In this document: positions 58,006 through 64,000 of the stretch, one piece after another
Position numbering within the stretch: position 1 is the first letter of the stretch
How the letters are laid out: every line of letters begins with the position of its first letter
Origin: Acidobacteriota bacterium
GTDB taxonomy: Bacteria; Acidobacteriota; Thermoanaerobaculia; Multivoradales; JAGPDF01
Length of the DNA: 64,000 nucleotides
Reading direction: 5' to 3'
NCBI GenBank assembly: GCA_017860005.1
Contig: JAFNAE010000001.1
Span: 1,382-65,381 of the forward strand
Translations under genes and position numbers: made by a program
The notes under the pieces: model-generated
The model's database searches: none
What the model saw: the letters and a program-made list of their open reading frames with translations, nothing else
What the model was told of the DNA's origin: nothing

Positions 58006-59027
58006 GCCCGGAGACGGTCGCCACCCTGGCCAAGATCGGTGTGTGGCTGACCGCGCTCCTGAGCGTCGCTCCGGCCATGCTCTGGTTCGAGCGCAGGATC
58101 CCGGCCTTCATGCAGGACCGGCTCGGCCCCAACCGGGTCGGCCCGCTCGGTCTCCTGCAGGGGATCGCGGACGCGGTCAAGTTCATCTTCAAGGAGGAGT
58201 TCACGCCGGCCAACGCCGACCGGCCGCTCTTCCTGCTCGCTCCCGTCCTCGCGCTGATTCCCGCCCTGACCACCTACCTGGTGATCCCCTTCGGCCCCGA
58301 GGTGGTGATCGGTGGGCACAGCACGAAGCTCGTGGTCATCGACTCCGACTCGGGCGTGCTGCTCTTCCTGGCCCTCGCCAGCCTCGGCGTCTACTCGCTG
58401 GTGCTCGCCGGCTACAGCTCGAACAACAAGTATTCGCTGATGGGCTCCATCCGGGCCTCGGCGCAGATGGTCAGCTACGAGCTCGCGCTCACCACCGCGG
58501 TGGTGTGCGCCCTGATCCCGGCGGGAACCCTGAACCTGGCCGAAGTCGTCGACTACCAGCGCGCGCACCTGTGGCAGGCGATCTCGCAGCCGATCGGGAT
58601 GCTGGTCTTCCTGGTCGCGGCCTTCGCGGAGACCAACCGCCTCCCCTTCGACCTCCCCGAGGCCGAGTCGGAGCTGGTCGCGGGCTACCTGACCGAGTAC
58701 GGCGGCCTGCGCTGGGCGATGTTCTTCATGGGCGAGTACATGTCCATGACCACCCTCTCCGCGCTCTTCGTCACGCTCTACTTCGGTGGCTGGTCGCTGC
58801 CCTTCGTAGACTTCTCCGGGCTCTCCGGGCTCGTCCAGGCGCTGATCGGATTCACGGTCCTCGCGGCCAAGATCGCCGCCATGCTGTTCCTGTTCGTCTG
58901 GGTGCGCTGGACCTTCCCGCGCTTCCGCTACGACCAGCTCATGCGCCTGGGCTGGAAGGCGCTCCTGCCCCTCGCGGTGCTCCAGCTCGTCGCCACCGCG
59001 GCGCTCACCGTCGGAGGGGTCCTCTGA
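58002..59027 (+). CDS. nuoH: NADH-quinone oxidoreductase subunit H
   Basis: ERRIPAFMQDRLGPNRVGPLGLLQGIADAVKF is the NuoH/ND1 signature; 341 aa. Confidence 0.95.
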   Translation: MSPETVATLAKIGVWLTALLSVAPAMLWFERRIPAFMQDRLGPNRVGPLGLLQGIADAVKFIFKEEFTPANADRPLFLLAPVLALIPALTTYLVIPFGPEVVIGGHSTKLVVIDSDSGVLLFLALASLGVYSLVLAGYSSNNKYSLMGSIRASAQMVSYELALTTAVVCALIPAGTLNLAEVVDYQRAHLWQAISQPIGMLVFLVAAFAETNRLPFDLPEAESELVAGYLTEYGGLRWAMFFMGEYMSMTTLSALFVTLYFGGWSLPFVDFSGLSGLVQALIGFTVLAAKIAAMLFLFVWVRWTFPRFRYDQLMRLGWKALLPLAVLQLVATAALTVGGVL

Positions 59028-59569
59028 TGGAGCTCGCGGTCTTCGTGCTCTTCGGCCTCGCCGCGCTGGTCTCCGCCGCCCTGGTCGTGGCCCACCGCAA
59101 CCCGGTCTATGCCACCATGAGCCTGGTCGTGACGCTGGTCTCGACCGCCGTCCTGTTCGTGCTGCTCGGCTCGCCCTTCCTCGCCGCGCTCCAGATCCTG
59201 CTCTACACCGGGGCGATCCTGGTGCTCTTCCTGTTCGTCATCATGCTGCTCAACATCGGGCGCGAGCGGTCCTCGGGCGCGCGGTCGCCGGCCCAGACCT
59301 GGTCGGCCGTGATCCTCGCGTTGCTCCTCGCCGGCTCGCTCGGCCGCCTCGTGTGGGATGCGCACAAAGACTCCGAGGCGCCCCCGCTCGACGCCACTTT
59401 CGTCTCGCTGCGCGGCCTCTCGGAACAGCTCTTCTCCTCCTACCTGCTCCCCTTCGAGCTGATCGGACTCCTGCTCCTGGTGGCGGTGGTGGCGGCGAGC
59501 TGGCTCGCCCGGCGCCACGAGGAGGACGAGCCCGAGGTCGCGGCGCCGTCTCCCGAGGACCGGCCATGA
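59027..59569 (+). CDS. nuoJ: NADH-quinone oxidoreductase subunit J
   Basis: ND6-like; MELAVFVLFGLAALVSAALVV ... ILLYTGAILVLFLFVIMLL; start overlaps the nuoH stop. Confidence 0.8.
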   Translation: MELAVFVLFGLAALVSAALVVAHRNPVYATMSLVVTLVSTAVLFVLLGSPFLAALQILLYTGAILVLFLFVIMLLNIGRERSSGARSPAQTWSAVILALLLAGSLGRLVWDAHKDSEAPPLDATFVSLRGLSEQLFSSYLLPFELIGLLLLVAVVAASWLARRHEEDEPEVAAPSPEDRP

Positions 59570-59871
59570 CCGTGCCGGTCTCCTGGTACCTCCTGCTCGC
59601 CGCCGCGCTGTTCGCGATCGGCGTGATCGGCGCCCTGACCCGCCGCTCCGGGATCGCGATCTTCCTGTCGATCGAGCTGATGCTCAACGCCGCCAATCTC
59701 ACGCTCGCCGCCTACTCCCGGCTGCTCGGCGACCGGGCCGGCCAGATGGTGGTGTTCTTCGCGCTCGCCGTCGCGGCGGCCGAGGCCGCGGTCGGGCTGG
59801 CTCTCTTCATCAACATCTTCCGGCTGCGCCGGACCATCGACGTCAACCGCCTCAACCTGATGCGCTGGTAG
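59566..59871 (+). CDS. nuoK: NADH-quinone oxidoreductase subunit K
   Basis: 101 aa; FLSIELMLNAANLTLAA is the ND4L signature. Confidence 0.9.
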   Translation: MTVPVSWYLLLAAALFAIGVIGALTRRSGIAIFLSIELMLNAANLTLAAYSRLLGDRAGQMVVFFALAVAAAEAAVGLALFINIFRLRRTIDVNRLNLMRW

Positions 59872-59875
59872 CCCG

Positions 59876-61840
59876 ATGCGCCCCCTCGACCTGCTCTGGC
59901 TGATCCCGGCCCTCCCGTTCGCGGGGGCGGCCGTCAACGGGCTCCTGCTGCGCAACCGGCACAAGCCCCTGGTCACGGCGATCGGCGTCGGCGCCCCCGG
60001 CCTCTCGCTGGTCCTCGCGCTCGCCGCGCTCTGGGACTACGTCGCCAACCTCCGCCCCCAGCCGTTCGAGCAGTTCCTCTACGCCTGGACGACCGGCAGC
60101 CTCGCGATCGACGTCGCGTTCCGGGTCGACCCGCTCTCCGCGGTGATGCTGTTCGTGGTGACCTTCGTCGGCTTCTGGATCCACGTCTACTCCGTGGGCT
60201 ACATGGGCCACGACCCGGGCTACCGGCGCTTCTTCGCCTACATGAACCTGTTCATGGGGGCCATGTTGCTGCTCGTCCTGGGCAACAACCTCCTGGTCAT
60301 GTTCGTGGGCTGGGAGGGCGTGGGGCTCTGCTCGTACCTTCTGATCGGCTACTACTTCGAGGAGGCGTTCCCGCCCTTCGCCGGCAAGAAGGCATTCGTC
60401 GTCAACCGCATCGGAGACTTCGCCTTCCTGCTCGGGATCTTCACCCTCTTCTCGGAGTACGGGACGCTCCACTTCGGCCAGCTCACCGAGCGCATCCTCG
60501 CGGATCCCGGGGCCGCGCAGCGGCCCTTCCTGCTGGGACTCTCGCTCGCCGGATTCACCGCGCTCTGCTTCTTCATCGGCGCCACGGGCAAGAGCGCCCA
60601 GATCCCGCTCTTCGTCTGGCTGCCCGACGCGATGGCCGGTCCGACGCCGGTCTCCGCCCTCATCCACGCCGCCACCATGGTCACGGCCGGCGTCTACATG
60701 GTGGTGCGCACCAACGTCCTCTACCAGATGGCGCCCGAGATCTCGACCCTGGTGGCGGTCATCGGCGCCGCCACCGCGATCGTGGCCGCCACCATCGGCC
60801 TGGCCCAGAACGACATCAAGAAGGTCCTCGCCTACTCCACCGTGTCGCAGCTCGGCTACATGTTCCTGGCGGCGGGGGTCGGGGCCTACGTCGCGGCGAT
60901 CTTCCACCTCGCCACGCACGCGTTCTTCAAGGCCTGCCTCTTCCTCGGCTCGGGCTCGGTCATCCACGCCATGGGCGGCGAGCAGGACATGCGCAAGATG
61001 GGCGGGCTCAAGAAGCAGCTGCCCGCCACCTACCGGACGTTCTGGATCTCGACGCTCGCCATCGCCGGCATCCCGCCGCTCGCCGGCTTCTTCTCGAAGG
61101 ACGAGATCCTGGCGGGGACCTTCGCCCATCCCGGAGCGCTCTATCGGGTGCTCTGGGTGGTCGGCCTCCTCACCGCCGGCCTGACCGCCTGCTACATGTT
61201 CCGCGCCGTCTACCTGACCTTCGAGGGCAAGTTCCGGGGCAGCCACGAGCAAGCGCACCACCTGCACGAGTCGCCGCGGGTGATGACCGTGCCGCTCGTG
61301 GTGCTCGCAACGGGCGCCGTGGTGGCGGGCTGGATCGGGATTCCGAAGGGCGTCTGGGAGACCTTCGGGGCACACGACCGCAACCTGCTCCACCACTTCC
61401 TCGCGCCGGTCGTGGCCGAGGTGCACGGAGCGGGCGCCGAGCACGGCATGTCGCACCTGGTCGAGTGGCTGCTCATGGCCGCCTCGGTGGCGATCGCGCT
61501 CGCCGGCATCGGCATCGCGCGCAGCCAGTGGAAGCGGCGCGGGCTGGAGGCCGACGCTGCCTTCGCCGCCAGGACCCCGGTGGTCCAGCGGCTGCTCGAG
61601 AACAAGTACTGGGTCGACGAGATCTACGACCGCCTGGTCGTGCGTCCGCTGGCCGCCCTGGCGCGCGGGTGCTGGAAGATCGTGGACACCCTGATCATCG
61701 ACGGCGGACTCCATGTCGGCGCCTTCGTCACCGAGCTCACGGGTGACCTCGGCCGCTTCACGACCACCGGCAACGTCCGCCAGTACGCGCTCTACTTCCT
61801 CGGCGGCGTGGTCCTCCTCTTCTGGTGGATGGTCCTCTGA
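59876..61840 (+). CDS. nuoL: NADH-quinone oxidoreductase subunit L
   Basis: 654 aa antiporter-like subunit (WEGVGLCSYLLIGYY, HAFFKACLFLGSGSVIHA). Confidence 0.95.
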   Translation: MRPLDLLWLIPALPFAGAAVNGLLLRNRHKPLVTAIGVGAPGLSLVLALAALWDYVANLRPQPFEQFLYAWTTGSLAIDVAFRVDPLSAVMLFVVTFVGFWIHVYSVGYMGHDPGYRRFFAYMNLFMGAMLLLVLGNNLLVMFVGWEGVGLCSYLLIGYYFEEAFPPFAGKKAFVVNRIGDFAFLLGIFTLFSEYGTLHFGQLTERILADPGAAQRPFLLGLSLAGFTALCFFIGATGKSAQIPLFVWLPDAMAGPTPVSALIHAATMVTAGVYMVVRTNVLYQMAPEISTLVAVIGAATAIVAATIGLAQNDIKKVLAYSTVSQLGYMFLAAGVGAYVAAIFHLATHAFFKACLFLGSGSVIHAMGGEQDMRKMGGLKKQLPATYRTFWISTLAIAGIPPLAGFFSKDEILAGTFAHPGALYRVLWVVGLLTAGLTACYMFRAVYLTFEGKFRGSHEQAHHLHESPRVMTVPLVVLATGAVVAGWIGIPKGVWETFGAHDRNLLHHFLAPVVAEVHGAGAEHGMSHLVEWLLMAASVAIALAGIGIARSQWKRRGLEADAAFAARTPVVQRLLENKYWVDEIYDRLVVRPLAALARGCWKIVDTLIIDGGLHVGAFVTELTGDLGRFTTTGNVRQYALYFLGGVVLLFWWMVL

Positions 61841-63468
61841 TGGGCGGCTCCTTCCTCTCGCTCCTGCTCGGCGACACCGTCACACGCCTGGTCTTCTTCC
61901 CGACGCTGGCCGCCGTCCCGCTCCTCTTCATGGGCAAGGCGAAGCCGATTGCGGTGAAGCTCTACGCGCTCGCCGTCTCGCTGGTCGAGATCGGGCTCAT
62001 GCTGGCCTGGACGGCCGCGCACTGGGATGCGGCCGGCCTGGTGGTCAAGGACCCCGTCCTGCCCTGGCTCGAGATGCCCTCGCTCTCGATCGTCTACGAG
62101 GTCGGCATCGACGGCATCTCGCTGCCGTTGGTCCTGCTCACCGGGCTGCTGCTGCCGGTCGTGGTGCTCGGCTCCTGGAAGGGGGTCGACCGGCACTGGA
62201 CCGGCTTCACGACCGCCCTGCTGCTGCTCACCACCGGCATCCTCGGCGCCCTCGTCGCCCTCGACCTCCTGGTCTTCTACGTCTTCTGGGAGGTCATGCT
62301 GATTCCGATGTACCTGATCATCGGCATCTGGGGCGGCGAGCGCCGGATCTACGCGGCGGTGAAGTTCTTCCTGTTCACCATGGCGGGAAGCCTGCTGATG
62401 CTGATCGGCATCCTCTGGCTCGGCTGGACCTACGGCCGTCTCACCGGACTCTGGAGCTTCCGCTATCAGGATCTCCTGCGCCTCGACCTGCCGGTCGAGC
62501 AACAGCTCTGGCTGTTCGGTGCCTTCGCCCTCGCCTTCGCGATCAAGGTGCCGATGTTCCCGTTCCACACCTGGCTGCCCGACGCCCACGTCGAGGCCCC
62601 CACCGGCGGCTCGGTCATCCTGGCCGGCATCCTGCTCAAGCTCGGGACCTACGGCTTCCTGCGCTTCGCGCTGCCCCTGTTCCCGCACGCTGCCGACCGT
62701 CTGGCGCCCTGGCTGCTCGGGCTCGCGGTGATCGGCATCGTCTACGGCGCCCTGGTCGCCTGGGTGCAGCCGGACATGAAGAAGCTGGTCGCCTACTCCT
62801 CCATCGCCCACCTGGGCTTCGTGATGCTCGGCATCCTGGCCTGCGACCTCATCGCCTGGCAGGGGGCGCTGATCCAGATGGTCAACCACGGCCTCTCGAC
62901 CGGCGCGCTCTTCCTGCTCGTGGGCATGCTCTACGACCGGCGCCACACCAAGAAGTTCGAGGATTTCGGCGGGATCGCCAAGGTCGTGCCGTGGTTCGCC
63001 TTCTTCCTCGTCTTCTCGACTCTCGCCTCGGTCGGCCTGCCCGCTCTCAACGGCTTCGTCGGCGAGTTCCTGATCCTGGTCGGGGCCTGGCGTGCGGGCC
63101 TCCACCTGCTCGTCGCCATCTCCACCTTCGGCGTCGTGCTGGCCGCGATCTACCTGCTCCACCTCCTGCAGAAGACGATCTGGGGTCCCCTCACCCGCGA
63201 GGAGAACCGGGGCCTGCGCGACCTCGACGTCCGCGAGGTCCTGGCGCTGCTGCCGCTGTGCGTCTTCATGCTGTGGATCGGTGTCGCGCCGAAGACCTTC
63301 CTGGAGCCGAGCCGGCCTGCTCTGGAGGCGGTCCTCGCCGACTACCGCGCGCGCCTCGCGCAGCCGGCGCCGGCGGCGCCCGGCCTCGGCGCCTCCCGCA
63401 ACCCGGCCGAGGCGGGGCGCAGCTTCCTCGTCGATCTCGACGCCCCGGATCGCGGAGTCCAGCCATGA
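61840..63468 (+). CDS. nuoM: NADH-quinone oxidoreductase subunit M
   Basis: 542 aa; FHTWLPDAHVEAPTGGSVILAGILLKLGTYGFLRF; ATG overlaps the nuoL stop. Confidence 0.9.
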   Translation: MGGSFLSLLLGDTVTRLVFFPTLAAVPLLFMGKAKPIAVKLYALAVSLVEIGLMLAWTAAHWDAAGLVVKDPVLPWLEMPSLSIVYEVGIDGISLPLVLLTGLLLPVVVLGSWKGVDRHWTGFTTALLLLTTGILGALVALDLLVFYVFWEVMLIPMYLIIGIWGGERRIYAAVKFFLFTMAGSLLMLIGILWLGWTYGRLTGLWSFRYQDLLRLDLPVEQQLWLFGAFALAFAIKVPMFPFHTWLPDAHVEAPTGGSVILAGILLKLGTYGFLRFALPLFPHAADRLAPWLLGLAVIGIVYGALVAWVQPDMKKLVAYSSIAHLGFVMLGILACDLIAWQGALIQMVNHGLSTGALFLLVGMLYDRRHTKKFEDFGGIAKVVPWFAFFLVFSTLASVGLPALNGFVGEFLILVGAWRAGLHLLVAISTFGVVLAAIYLLHLLQKTIWGPLTREENRGLRDLDVREVLALLPLCVFMLWIGVAPKTFLEPSRPALEAVLADYRARLAQPAPAAPGLGASRNPAEAGRSFLVDLDAPDRGVQP

Positions 63469-64000
63469 ATCCGCTCTTCGCGGTCCCGACGGCCGATCTC
63501 GCGAGTCTCGCGCCCGAGCTGCTGCTGACCGCCGCGGCGACGGTCCTGCTGCTGCTCGAAGCGTTCGCTCCCGCCCTGCGCCGCGCGTTCGTTCCGGCCG
63601 GCCTGGCCGCGACGATCGGTGCCGCCTGGCTGCTCACCGGCTCGGACTCGGGTCCCGCGTTCCACGGCCTGGTGGAGAGCTCGCCGCTGACGCGCGCGTT
63701 CTCGCTCACCGTCCTGCTCGCCACCGCGCTCGGCCTGCTCGCCGCTCCGGGCTACCTGCGCCGGGCGCGGCTGCTCGCCGGCGAGTACCCGGCCCTGATC
63801 CTCTGGTGCGCTGCGGGTCTCCTGATCCTGATCCGGTCCACCGAGCTGCTGACCCTCTTCCTCGCGCTCGAGCTGTTCTCGGTCGCCCTCTATGCGCTCG
63901 CGGCCTTCCATCGGCGCTCGGCGCGGTCGGCGGAGGCAGGGCTCAAGTACTTCCTGATGGGCGCCTTCGTGAGCTCCTTCCTGCTCTACGGCGTGGCGCT
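63465..64000 (+). CDS. nuoN: NADH-quinone oxidoreductase subunit N (partial, 3' end outside window)
   Basis: MNPLFAVPTADLASLAPELLLTAAATVLLLLEAF is the typical NuoN/ND2 N-terminus; ATGA overlap with nuoM. Confidence 0.8.
   Translation, partial: MNPLFAVPTADLASLAPELLLTAAATVLLLLEAFAPALRRAFVPAGLAATIGAAWLLTGSDSGPAFHGLVESSPLTRAFSLTVLLATALGLLAAPGYLRRARLLAGEYPALILWCAAGLLILIRSTELLTLFLALELFSVALYALAAFHRRSARSAEAGLKYFLMGAFVSSFLLYGVA

Overview
GC-rich segment (by eye about two-thirds or more G+C) of the chromosome of a diderm (Gram-negative-type) bacterium. Coding density is very high and many neighbouring genes share 1-4 bp ATGA/GTGA/TTGA stop-start overlaps, which suggests translational coupling. I could not assign the phylum from sequence alone; the Ala/Arg-rich proteins, long HPF, HprK, CarD/CdnL and Tol-Pal are compatible with Myxococcota, Acidobacteriota, Gemmatimonadota and similar groups.

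Gene content in order:
- an efflux module: TolC-like protein C-terminal fragment, a Yip1-like membrane protein, an HlyD-type adaptor, and a MacB-type transporter split into separate ATPase and FtsX-like permease genes
- tRNA-Leu(CAA)
- carD/cdnL, a TPR protein, priA, accA, recJ
- a sigma-54 / regulatory-PTS cluster: a 670-aa LptC/LptA-like protein, lptB, rpoN, hpf, hprK, rapZ, EIIA-Man, ptsH, ptsI and a cupin gene
- a Pro-rich secreted protein, then miaB
- parB-parA, a DUF151 bifunctional nuclease, queD
- a single 804-aa fused lptF-lptG ORF
- polX, metK, a DUF84 NTPase, a TrmH-family methyltransferase
- two tandem sulfatase-family (alkaline-phosphatase superfamily) lipoproteins
- etfBA
- a complete tolQ-tolR-tolA-tolB-pal-cpoB cluster, then rpsT
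- an lptE-leuS-(transglutaminase-like)-nusB-ribH operon
- an SDR oxidoreductase, tRNA-Pro(GGG), a MerR regulator, der, a lipoprotein, tRNA-Leu(CAG)
- a five-gene operon: GT2, polysaccharide deacetylase, fabG-like, ACP, hotdog protein
- a Complex I (nuo) cluster with the order A-E-F-G-H-J-K-L-M-N(partial), lacking nuoB, nuoC, nuoD and nuoI.

I recognised no CRISPR array, integrase, transposase or prophage-like region. Most long antisense or alternate-frame ORFs in the six-frame track are the stop-codon-poor artefacts expected at high GC.

The most unusual observations are:
- the nuo cluster without B/C/D/I
- the unusual LPS-transport architecture (fused LptFG and a giant LptC/A-like protein)
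- the GT2/deacetylase/ACP/FabG/hotdog operon
- the Thr-type sulfatase-like lipoprotein pair
- an adaptor gene with no in-frame stop codon.

I see no clear-cut novel defence or mobile system and do not claim one.
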